A DNA stretch of 64,000 bases, taken from positions 79,918,001-79,982,000 of the forward strand of contig OZ241826.1 of NCBI GenBank assembly GCA_965202585.1. The letters are read 5' to 3'. The DNA is from Thalia democratica. Lineage: Eukaryota. Shown here piece by piece: positions 36,991-49,600 of the stretch. The notes beneath the pieces are model-generated. The model worked only from the letters and a program-made list of their open reading frames with translations, was not told the DNA's origin and made no database searches. Position numbers and translations under genes: made by a program. The stretch's first letter is position 1. Every line of letters begins with the position of its first letter.

Positions 36991-39027
36991 AAAGGTGTTC
37001 ATTATCTAAATTTTCAGCAGCCGTAATGTAAAAAGTTCGTTTTATTGATTTAGACAACGAGTGACAAACATAGATGTAAAGTTTTCATAATTATTAATCA
37101 AAAAAGTTCAAAAAAAAAGCATTTGTAGTAGTACTTTGTGTTAAAAATGTTTAAATTTAAGCTAATCTAAAAATTATCTGTAAGGTGAAATTTTTAAAAC
37201 TTTGGATTAATATGTAGATTTAAATGGTTCCGAATACTTTAGTACGACAAATCAAACTATAAAAATTTAAATTTTGAAATTCAAAGTCAGACTAAAATTC
37301 TATCAACTAAAATTCCGAATTCCTAATTTCCAAAAACTAAAATTTAATATTAAAAGTTTTGACATTTAAAATACAACAGCTCTTTATATAACAATTCAAA
37401 GTAGTTTAAACTTCAAGTAACTTAATAAAATTAATTATTTTGAACTTTAAGTTAGTATATATTTATTTGTTTGTTTAGATATCTTATAAACTAAAAATTT
37501 ATTTAAAAAAGTTTAACTATAAAACTTAAATTACGTTAATTGAAACTATAAAAATTTCATTCACGAAAATTCTAATTTGATTAATTTAAAATTTTTGTAA
37601 TTCTATTTGGTTTGTCCAAACAAGGACTTTATAAAAACTCAAGCTAAAATATTTTATTTTGTGCTTAAATAAAGAAAATATTGAAATTAGTTAATATGAA
37701 GTTTTTTATGTAAAAAAAAAACTATGCATTAAAAAAGTCATTGAATACTTTAACAAAGTTTAAAGTGATGATAGGTAGATTTTAAGAAGCTTTAAAACAC
37801 CGATGGCTGATAACAACTATTTTAAATAATTTTCTTTACAAGAATATTTAACAAGCTTTAGGTATCTGGTTTAAACATCAACAAACATAATAATACCTTA
37901 ATAATACCTAAAAGCTGTCAAGTTTAATGTAAAAGAATTAAATTTTTTTTAAAGAATTATGTAACAGAAAAAAAAACTAGAAGTTGTTAAGAATAAAATG
38001 TATCGTTTTCTTAAAAAGCCTCCAGCTTTTATACATGTGCTTAATTCTTGTAATAAAAGTAATCTAGTTTTGATATGAGTTGTTTATTGTAAAACTAGTT
38101 TTATTAGATAGTCAAGTTAAAACATGTTCTTAAATAAACTTTTATGAATGTCAGCTAGAACTGAAACGTCTATTTCAGGAATTAAACTAAAAATTAAAAA
38201 CTGAATACTAAAACCAATGCCTTTCGAATTGCCAAATTTAACCTTACAATAGAAACGAAAATCAGTATCTTCCGCTCCAACTAAACTTTTTGATATTTCA
38301 GCAAAAATTTCTCGCTAAAAAAGCCTGTTTTATAAATCTGATTTTATTTTTACTGTTAGCCAAGCTGAATGACCGCTTGAATCATTCGATTACATAAATC
38401 TTTAGTGCACATAAGACGTTATGATAAATTAATTTTTACATGAACTTCTAAAATGAAACCTTGTGCCAAAATACTATTTAGTTGCACACAACTTTAAATT
38501 TTAAAAGCGTATTAAAAGTTAAGTTTACTCTTTAAATAATAATTATAAAAAAGTTCAAAGATTACTAAACAAAGTAAAGTTACTTAACAACTGCATAATT
38601 ATCATCTAGAGCTAACTAATAACATTACTAACAAAAAAGCTTCTTTGGCGAGAAATTTTTTGTTAATTTTCTTTTACAAATAAATATTTCTTTTATTCGA
38701 ATTCTAAGTTAATAAAACTAACAAGAATTAGTTATAAACATGCTATTTATTTAAAATATATGCAAAACAAAAAGTTTTACAAAAAGTTGATAAAATTTTG
38801 ACAAATATTGCATTAATAATTCCTGACAAGCGAGTGAACTTTTAAAATAATTTCAACAGTCGAATATCGACGAGCAATAGGCGGCATTCTGACGAGCTGC
38901 GCAAATTTCAGCTCAACAATAAAACAACCAGCAATTTTCCATGACGAACTTCATTTCCCCCCTTTTAAAGCGACACCACAACAATAAAATCTCGAATCTT
39001 CTTTCCCAGTTTCACGAGTGACAGCAA

Positions 39028-39120
39028 CTTGCGAGTGAATGTAACTCGAAAGAGGGGATAATTTCAGCGAGATAATAAGCAGCGAAATTAGGTGAGGGCA
39101 AGTTGTATGTGAATGATGGA
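39028..39120. promoter_or_regulatory. module B core, conserved non-coding element or 5'UTR exon end (3 near-identical copies)
   Basis: ccatcattcacatac(a/g)acttgccctcacctaatttcgctgct at 26130, rc 39028-39120 and 63666; frameshifts between copies exclude a shared ORF. Confidence 0.55.
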
Positions 39121-39545
39121 CATCGACTTTGTTTTGAACTCACTTCAGCTTTTCTTTTAAGCAAAAGCTCCTTATGCCGTTAATTAGAAATGCAGCAAAT
39201 TAGCAGCGGATTTTTGCTGGCAGCGGCGGTTTACTGTTGGCACGATCGTCATAAGAAGCTCTTAGGTGTATTTCGCGCACGTTAGTAACCTTCCACACAC
39301 ACTCATTTCAAAAACTTTTATTTTGATTCTTGTCAATGAGAAAACTTTTGTGGCTGATACGTTTTTCTTTTTCTTTTCGCATTTTTTAAACTTAAATGAT
39401 CGTAAGTAAGAGAGGTATTAGAACATTAATAGCTAAAATTTTAAAGCAAAAACTATTTTCAAATCATTTTAAACTAATTTTGGTAAACACCAATTAGTGC
39501 ATGAAGCATCAAACCTTTCTTTAATTCCTAATGACAAAAAATCAC

Positions 39546-39636
39546 TGAAATACAGACGAAAAGCTTCATGTTAATTTCCGAACACAAAGCTCGAAACGTC
39601 GCCGACCTCGCAGGCTTTCACCTCGCTTTTTTATCT
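39546..39636. promoter_or_regulatory. module A, ~90-bp conserved CpG-rich element upstream of exon 1 (4 copies)
   Basis: Copies at 5371-5460, 25517-25586 (diverged), 39546-39636 and 63156-63233; core aggtgaaagcctgcgaggtcggcgacgtttcgag..tgtgttcggaaat...tgaagcttttcgtctgtatttca. Confidence 0.55.
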
Positions 39637-40390
39637 GTTTATAACCGCATCAAGTTTTCAACACGAGGTGCTACCACACACCATGCGTTAATTACCCCTT
39701 CCCGCCAATCGAGCGCTCGTTAGATAGGCCTAAAAAACAAAAGAAAAAATAACAATTATTTAAACTTTAGTGAATTTACGCTTCGTTTGTTTATTTCACA
39801 TTGAAGTTGTTCGCACAGCGTCGTGCCGATATTTCACTGTTTACACCGCACTTGCTGATGTGAGGTCAAGTTTCTTATTTTCACTGGTGATTGTTGTCAA
39901 AAGAAAATTAACTATCAACAACGACCGCGCTATTTTCCTCGACGCAGTGATAGCCGCCACTGTCGTAGGTAATTTGCGGTCGTGATTGATCGTAACCGTC
40001 GTCGGTTGTCGCCGTGGCTGTTATTGGTTGCCATGCATACAAAGTATTTTAAAGGTCACGTAGTTTAAATTAGCTGTTGTTGTATTAAGCTTTTGTTTTC
40101 AGTTTTGACTAATCAGGAAGTTTAGGTATGATAATAACGACAAAGTTATAAATAATTTTCAAAGCACTTTTAGTTAATTGAACTTATTACAAAATTGCTC
40201 TATGTTAAAATCTAAAATGAAAATTTTTTTATATAAAACATATTTTTAGTTATAAAAAAATATCTTGGATTAGTATTTTTAAGTTTGTTTTAGAAACATG
40301 GTTAGTTAAAAACTGGACATAAAATAGTTTAAAGATACTAAATATATAACTTTTCTTTTAAACAGACTTAAAATTATACAAAATATTTCA

Positions 40391-40665
40391 ATGGGTTCTT
40401 CAGCAGTTCCGGGTATTTCTCCTGATTTATCGACAATTTTAAGCCAATCAGGTGCCGAGTTCGGGGATTTCTTTTCTCAACCCGACCTTACCAGTATGTG
40501 TATGCTTAACAACCCGGCAGCTATGTTGCCTGGCAACCCGTTTCCTTGGGAATTTCGCCAAACTTCCTCCAACTTCAGTGGAATGAATTGGGCTAAGCAG
40601 CAAAAAGGTGATGAATTTTCCGGGTTCGACCCGCTACAATTTGGAGGTCCAAATCAGGTTAATTG
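40391..40665 (+). CDS. SAMD11: copy 2 coding exon 1
   Basis: MGSSAVPGISPDLSTILSQSGAEFGD..., donor TG|GTGAGT. Confidence 0.8.
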
Positions 40666-43600
40666 GTGAGTATTTTTATGATTCCTGTTTAGAAATATAA
40701 GCTAAGAAGAACTGCATCTTGTTAAATAACAATTAATTTTTGCAGTCTTAGGAAATATTATAGCGTTATCTCGCCCTATTTTAAAATCTTGTATATTTAG
40801 ATTTAAAAAATGTATAAAACCTAATATTGGAAAACAATATTTTGTTGTATAATAAAAAAGTTAGGCTGAAAGTACGGTTTAGTCGAAAACTTATAAGATT
40901 AAAACAATTACTTTATATAATAATAAAACAGTCTATATTATTTAAATAAAAAGTAAAACAACAGAAAGATACTGATCGGAATAGCTAAATTTAATCTTAG
41001 TTCATTGGAAACATTTTAGTAACACTGAAAGATTGAAAAAAAAACTTTCATTAAATTAGCGCGAAAATTTTATGTCAAACTTTTTTAATACTGAAATTAA
41101 AATTGCATATAAAGTTTAAAAACACTTGCACGTTTTCCAAATATTTTTTCGAAAACAAACTTGAAATTTTACGTGTTGAGCTTTTTAATGAATACTTTTG
41201 TGTCATTAAAAGACTAATATTATCTATAAACTATATTACAAAGAAGTGTTTTTATTTCTTTGACCGCACACCTACAAATTTTTCGATAAACTTCGCTGCT
41301 GTCTGTCATTATAAACAGCACGATGGCCAATTTTTTCTGCATTGAAGCTAATTACCTGTTAAATATAAAGATTAAAAGATCATACTTGACAGGTGCTACC
41401 CTGGTTACCACCTGATCACGTGATAAGATTATAGGATGAACAATTGCGTTACCATGACAGCCCTTAAAATTTTAGATACTTTTCACCCTTTGTAACTTGA
41501 ATAGTAATAAGTTGATCAAAATTTTTGTTGATTTTTTAATTAATTCTTTTTTTATAAAATTTTATCTAATGTTAATTGGTCCTAGTTTAGTGACGAATAG
41601 TTGAGTTAACTGTGCATTTTCAGTTGCTTTTTTATCTTCAATAAATTGAAATGAATAAACGTATATAATGTGTGAATGATATAGCGTAGACACAAGTATT
41701 TGCTTGTTTATGTTTCATGTGACTAGTAGACAAATCATTGTTTTTCAGGTTGCAAGTATTCAACCTAATAAACCAAAAACATTTAAATAAGAAGCAGGTA
41801 AAAATCATGAACTTTCAAAACTTACCACTGTTTGAAAACAGCACATGTTCTACGTAAGTATTTTTTATGGTTGAATTTAAACTTAAAGAATATTAAAATA
41901 AAAATTATGTTACTTTAATAAGATAGCATTAGTTTTCTAACTACTTAATATCAGTTTTAAACTTATAATAATTAACTTTTAAAGTAAAAATTAATATTAT
42001 GGTATTAAAATGTAAAGATTTTATTTTTTGGTTTCTAGATTGGAATTATAAAACAAAATATATATTCATACTAAAGTAAGCATATATTTTGGTAAAGTAT
42101 ATCTATAATTTTATAAAACCCGGAAAATAAAGATTTGAAATTTTTAAATTATTAGTAACAATCTGATCACCAGTCAGCAACAATCATACACTAATGTGAC
42201 GTCACTAAAACAAAACTTTATCGACCAACCAGCTTCCGGTAACGGATGTCAGCAGCTCCCAGTTACTAGTAGCAACGGGGTTGAAGCCCACAATAACAAC
42301 GGTTGGTTGTTAAATTATAAACTATTATGTGCACGGTTTAGAAAAGAATTAAGGTATACTTTATTTGCTAAAGAATATATTTTAAAAAACAAATGTTAGA
42401 ATAATTATGTAATAATATAGTATCAAACATATGTTAAAAAAAACTTTCATCATAACTATCAGTCGAAAAAAATAAATAAAAGGTGTTTTAAGTAACTAAT
42501 ATAAGTTAAAAATCTAGACTAAAAAATTTTCTGTTTTTTAGCTTCTAACAAATGACCAACATCTGAAACAGGATAATCTGGTTTCGCACTCACTAAAGTT
42601 TAACATTTTTTTTTCTCTTGTTTACCAACCCTTCAAAAGTGACATCCCGATCGAACAAAAAGCGTTCAATTTCCATGGCAACGCGCGATGCTCGTTTATG
42701 GATGAAACTCCCCACTTAAGTTTAGACGGGCGATCTCTCGAGTAATAAATTTCCCCAATTTTCCGCCTCTTTTTTTATTCGTGAAGTGATGGGTCGTAGT
42801 TTTTTTCCGAAGCTTCTCTAGTAGGGCTTTGTTTGTTGTATAAGTGTAGGGTTGTTTTACTTGTCAACTTGCCTTTCTTTCTTATTTCACCGTTAACGTT
42901 CGTGTATTCAGTTACGAGTTCATAGTAATTTAAAATTCAACAAAAAGGTAATTTAGCACAGACGATCGCAATCCAGCGCTAAAGTTTGACAAAAACTGCC
43001 AATTTGACTTTTGATCTTTTATTTGATCAATCTTCTCTAATCGCCCGACTTTCAAAATCGTAGAGCAAAAATGCCGCTGCCAGAATGGATTTTGATTAAT
43101 AATCTTCTTAATTTTTGTTTTGCCGTGTATACAAAACAGCTAGAAGGCTTTTGATATCGCGGTTGTTTTGTGTTTCGGTTTTCAAACAAACAAAAGAACT
43201 CGCGCGAGTATGGAGATTTGTGAGGGTCAATACAGACGGACTTTCTGCCAACCTCGCAGATCCTCGGCGCGACTTTTGCTTTAGATTATAATTTTGCTTT
43301 CTTGTCTTTCTTTTTAAATCCCCTTGCTTTAGCTTGGTGTCGGCTGTTTCTTGTAAGAATTGATTAAGAATATCGATTTTACCAGATGCCTTTTCGCTAC
43401 CGAGTTTTATGGTTTTTGTGCGTTGAGCTAAAAGGGAAAGAAACTTAAAATATCGAAACGAACGAAAGATAAATGTCAGATGAAACCGCGCAAAGGCTAA
43501 AAGTTATTGTAAGTTTTAATAAGAGTGTTGTATTGTGTTATGTACATCTCTTACAGTGAAAAAAAATAAAAATTGTGCTTTGTTATTAATCAGTTTGGTA

Positions 43601-46600
43601 GAAAAGTTGTAAATTAACTAAATGACTAAATGAACATTATTGATATTGATTAAAAACGAAGTAATTTTTCTTCTACAATAGCTTAATGGCTTGCGCAACT
43701 TATTATTTCAAAACATGTTTTTTCTTATTTATTTTAATGTTAAGACAGATCCCTAAAAAATTTTACCAAAAAAGTTTATGTATTTATCCTTGCAGATTTT
43801 AGTTTAGAAGTTAACATATTGCAGACAGGTTGACAACTACGTAAGTAAAAAAAAAACATGCTTATGTTTTTTGTAAAAAATACCTGTTTTTGTTCAGAAA
43901 TGTGTAAAAAAAAAATTCATAGTCGCGATAAAAAATAATGAAAGTAAACTTGAGTATGTGACAAGCAATTGCTTTAGACACATATGATTATGACGTCACC
44001 AAAAGACGTTGTCTGATGTGCGGGCAAATAGCGAACGATAGGCACGCAACGTAGTTAATTTGCAAACAAAAAATTGATGATTGTTCACAACTCGCGCGTT
44101 GAAACCGCAAACATTCTACTTTGTTTGTTTACTAGCAGCAGTGAAACATAAACAAGGCTTTAAGCCTCACTAAAGTTTTTTAAGACTTGCTATTTAAAGC
44201 TGTCACCAGCGACAGTAGTAATTATCGCTGCCATGGCTGTGTAACTTTTAATTATCGTTACTAAATCCAACTGCCGTAACGGCGATTTACGGCTTAGCTG
44301 CTGTCTCTCATGCGTTGCTGTTGGCAACCTTCGTCGACAGAAGCGTTGCTTAAGATCTACATTGGCTGCGTGTCTAAATCATCGATTAACGATTTCTTAC
44401 CGTTTAATTTTGAATTTGATTTTAGCGTGTGCTGTTTTGACTTAACAAATTAAACCTTAAATTTAAGTTTTATCGAAATACCTGTGTTGATTAAAAATTC
44501 GACTGTCGACGAAAAGGTTTGTCAATAAACAATTTGCTCAGAGGAGTTTGAAAAACTAGCTGTATAGAATTGATTTAAAAAAATAGTTGTAAATAACATT
44601 ATATTTAATTACTTTCTCACTAGCTTTCAAATATTTTTAATCTATTTCAAGTTTTAATTTCTGTAAACAACAATAATTATGAAGTGTTTGCTTTGAAAAT
44701 ATAGTTTCAAGGCAATTCAGACTATGAAAACTCAAATTATTATAAGTGAGTTTTTAAAAACTTAAGTTTCGAAAGTTCTAATCACTAAAGTTACACAATT
44801 AAAACTTGAGCTTCGAGGACTAAATTGTTCCATTTTTATTTTATGACTCAAATATATTAGTTCAAATTGTTTCGGTCCAAAAATCAAAATATGAAGCTGC
44901 GTATATGCGACAAAATAATTTTCAATTTTTCATTTTATTTAACTTTTTAAGTTAAATTAATATTAATCTAGTGATTTTTTTAAATTTTATGCGATAATTA
45001 ATTTATATTTTTCAAAAAGTGTTACTTTTTAAGTTCTGTTGTTTTTACCTTGTTAAAATTCTAACACTTTTATTTACTTCGCACAAGTAATTTTACTGAG
45101 TTATTTATATGCACAAAACACAAGTTAATGAAGTAAAAAATTTTAAACTTATTTTTTATACAAAAATTAAGAAATAAGACTTTTTTAAATACAGAATATG
45201 TTTTACAAACAATTTAAGTTGAACCTATACGAAGAATCAGAACAAATAATAACTTTGTTATTCCTAGAGTCTTTTCTAAAAGTTTAATAAATGAAATTAT
45301 TAGTATTTATGTAAACTTGTTCACAATAAGATTATAATTTTCAACTTTTTACATTGTAAGAGTAATAATACTACATTCGTTCTAATTCTTGCCTATATCA
45401 ACGGTCAAAATCACAAAATTATATTTACTTTTAATTTTCTAATGCTTTAAAAAAAAAAAAACAAATTATTTAAATCTAAAACTTGATCACGTGGCAGGTG
45501 AAACTGCAAGCAAACTGAAGCCTCCCGGTTGGTTGTTAGGAGCAACCAATCATCACCACGTGGCAACGGAGGGTTGCAGGCGGACGGTGAACCTGCCAAA
45601 AGGTCACGTGAGCAACTCGGAGGTGGAAGTGAAGAAGGACGAAGGAGGAGAGGAGTTTTTGGAGGTGACTTGCGGCGACAACAATGCCCTCCTCTACATC
45701 GCAAGACTCAGCCAGGGTAGCAAAGGCGAGTTTTGAAAATTATGCTATTTTATTAAAAAACCTATAAGAGTTTTAGATGTTTTTTATACCAAAATTATAA
45801 GGTTTTATATTTAGTCTTAACGTTTACAACAGGAGTAAAAAAGATTTTTTTTAAAAAGCATATGTTTTTTGTTTGTTATTTCGTTTTTTTACAAACAAGT
45901 ACAATAAATTGTAGCAATCTCATTTTAGTTTTAGCCCAGGGGTCGGCAAACTGCGGCCCGCGGGCCAATTGCGGCCCGCGAGCACGTTATTTTTTTGTCG
46001 GAATGCGGCCCGCGAAAGAAAATTTTGTGGCTCGCTGAGCAAAAATATATTTCAAGTTAAATTTTTTCGGGAATTTGATTTAATTTGATTAGTTTGGTTT
46101 TAAGTCTCTGTATAACATTCTAAAATAATTAGAAGAAATTACTGCTATGGTTTAGAAATGTAAAAAATACAGATAGCATTCTAACAGGATATTTTTCTCA
46201 GTTTCATAATAACTTCTTTTTTACAACAGCAAGTAATTATCTGAAGAAAAAGTGTAAAGAGTGCATAGATTTAATAGATTAGTTATATAATACCTATTTA
46301 TTAAATAAACTAAATGCAACTGTTTTCCATTTTGTACAAAAGTAATGCACAGTAATTAATTAAAGTGTCATTTCTTTATAACTTAAACATTTTTTTCAAT
46401 ATTTTTTATACCGAAGTTTCTTTTATAGATTTTTTATTTGTAAATGTTATATTTTAGTGTAAAAACATTTAAAATAGCATAGTAATAAGAAATAAGGCTT
46501 ATTTGAATTTTGTTTTGACACATTTTATTTTTTTAAAAGTTTTCTTTGCATTTTAAATTAATTTCTATGCACACCAACTTTAAAAGATGCTCATTTTATA

Positions 46601-49600
46601 AACTACTTTTTATTTAATACTTCAATTAGTTTAAGTTTACTTTATGCATAATTTTCTAACATTGTTGTTTCTACATGTGATATCTAAATTTGTACAGCCA
46701 CATTTAAATAATATATATGACATAAATTAATGTAGTTTTTGTTAGGTAAACATTTTCAACTTTCAAACATTATTTTTGTCAAACTAAGTTAATTTTTATG
46801 CCTTGCATATCAATATTTACAATCGCTGTTTTTAGGAGCTACCTATCTAATATAAACTAGATTTAGGGATGGTAAATTTATTAAGCTTGTTCATTGTAAT
46901 CAAAACAACTAAACATTGCCACACACTCAGACTATCACTATTTGAAGACTTCAAACCTTAGGCCAACTAAATAATTTTTTTAATTTTTTGGCTAGAACTG
47001 CTTTTTGTATACAAAAATATCAGAATTTTTTTTGTTAACTCAGGCTGGCTTTTTTGCTTAAAAGAGCGGCAGATTAAACTTATGATGTATGTTTTGCTTA
47101 ATCCACATTGTTAGTTTGAGTTATAATATATGTAAAATTTTAAGTCTTGCAGCTGATATAATTCAAAATATTATTTATATTATTGTGTAATTTAAAAGTG
47201 AACAATCAGTGTTGCTAAAAAACTTGAATCCCGGAAAAGCTTTGAATTTAAAAATTCATACTTATTAACTCTAGAAAAAAACTTTAATTTAAGATTTTTG
47301 AAAAAACCTGGAATTTCAAACAATTTTTACATGTAAAGTAATGAAAATTCGATTTGACAAAAAAAAATTACCAAATAAATATTTTTTTATTAAAAGTTAT
47401 ATTAAAGTAGCTTAACTATATTTTATAATATTCCTACATTTTTTAAGATATTTTTAGTAACTTAAACTAAACTTTATAGTAAAAATAAAAGAAAGAATTG
47501 TACTTCCATAATTGTGCATTGCACCTTTACTTGTAAAATTTCACCGATTGTTGTTCTTCGCGTCGGAACTAAAACAAAAAATTTTAGTAAAATGTCAAAG
47601 TTATTAAAAACATCTATAATAAAATTCTCAAATGAGCAATAGTTTTTCTACCAGTGCTCTCATGTTAAAAGATTGATTAAAGTCCTAATTTTATTTATGC
47701 GACTTTATAACCTTAATGCATTTCCTAAACACGACTTCTGGTTGTCATTGAAGAAATAAACAAAAGTATTTCATTACTGCCAACATATAATCTTTAAAAA
47801 AGTTTTCAATTATAAACGGTGTCTAATTTTAAGTAATAAATTTTGCTACTTTATAACTTGCCTTAACAATATTTGTCTGATCATTCTGTAGTTACTGAAT
47901 ATAATCATGTGCTTTGTTGGAACTGACTTGGGTGATTTGTTTTTTTTTATCGTTTCTCGCAATAACTTCTTAAGTCCTAACTAACGTTTTTTATTCCTGT
48001 ACTTCGTCTTATATTTTACAATTACTATTTTTAAATGCAATATTGTTATTGCAGATAAAGCAGTGTTTTATGCTTAATAAGAAATAAGTTTTTCTACTTC
48101 GCTAATGACTCAATAAAGTTTTATACTTTTGTAAAATTTGTTTAAGAAACTTAATTGTCCATTCCAGCTGAATTATATTTTTTTTGGCATGTAATTTATT
48201 TATGTTAATAACCTTCGTTATTTCTCTATGTTGTGAACTTTATTTTAACTGGGTTGCTACACAAAAAGGCAATTTTAAAAGTTTGAAAACTCAGGTGTGT
48301 GTGAAACTTTTATTTCAAACACTACTTATTAAAGCTTGATTAACAACTATTTATTAGCTTTTTCAACTTTTAATAAACTAAGGCTGGTTTGATACAACTT
48401 AGACATTTTTGTTTTTAAATGGCAACCATGTAAAAGACTGATTACTAATAAGATATCTTATTAAGGTATTCGAGAATTAATTATGTTAAAGAATTTGTTT
48501 TAGCTTTCTGAAGTACAAACAGGTACTAATTTTGTTACATTAACTATGTAACTACTAAATTTTTGATGAGTGTAAATTATTTAACACGCAAAAACATTTT
48601 TTGAAGTAAATATTCTTAGAAATATGAAAAAACGGTTGATAATATAAGAAATGTATAAAAGTAACCCATAAATTGTCTTTCAAGTTAAGTTTTTATAGAG
48701 AGTTAGGTTGTAAGTAAAATTACAAAAGTGTTAAGTTTAACTTATTAAGTGCTTATATAAGTACATAGTTATTAACACTTAAGTATATTAGTCAATGTAA
48801 ATTATATTTTAATAAATATTAATTTAAAAAGGCATTCTATGTATAACTAAAAGTCATTTTAAATAATAAAGTGAATTAAAGTAAAACTTTTCTCTAGTGT
48901 GTCTAAAACTAAAACCCAAAAATTATTATATGTCACTAAAACTAAAACTGCGGCCCGCGAAGACTTTGGAAACTTGAAATTTGGCCCGCGACCACCAACT
49001 GCCTGCCGACCCCTGTTTTAGCTGAAAGCGTATTTTCAAATTTTATATAAGCTTTTAGTTGAAAACAGATTTAAAAATGTTTCAGAAATTTTGGTGCTAT
49101 TTTAACTTCTCAGACGACAAAACGTTTTAAACAACTCATGCGTTCACAACATTTATGTTTGTTTATTTTTTCCAGCTGTTTTAACAAAAAAGGCAACATT
49201 GGCACGGATTTGAAACGCACACAACGACGTTTCTCCTTTAATTTAATTACCGACAATCTTTCGGGTTTTGCCTTAATTTTTAGAACAACTGTACTGCAAG
49301 CTTATGGTTTTTACTAGCTTGTTAATCGTTTGTCTTTAATGTTAAATTTATTTTATAAACTTTACCAAACTTATTTTTCAATTCAGTTTTGTAGTTATAT
49401 GGTTTTAATAAGATCTATAGAGCAGACTTGTAGGTTTTTAAATACACAAAATCACTGCTAAAAATCCTTCTTAGAGTTTTTTTAAAGTACAAAAACTATC
49501 CCTTAAAAATTATTAGTCCTAAATGTTTGCCAATCCGTCAGGTAAATCAATATTATATGAAACGGGGGGCAAGCAAAGCTGGATGCACCCCAACGAGTTC

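Noticed and set aside
37250-37560. Degenerate ctaaaatt periodicity
   Set aside because: Low-complexity AT DNA with no definable repeat unit
43790-43856. Acceptor/donor pair (cttgcag...ctac|gtaagt) as an extra coding exon in copy 2
   Set aside because: Stops in all three frames from the first acceptor, no counterpart in copy 1, and exons 3 and 4 already join in phase
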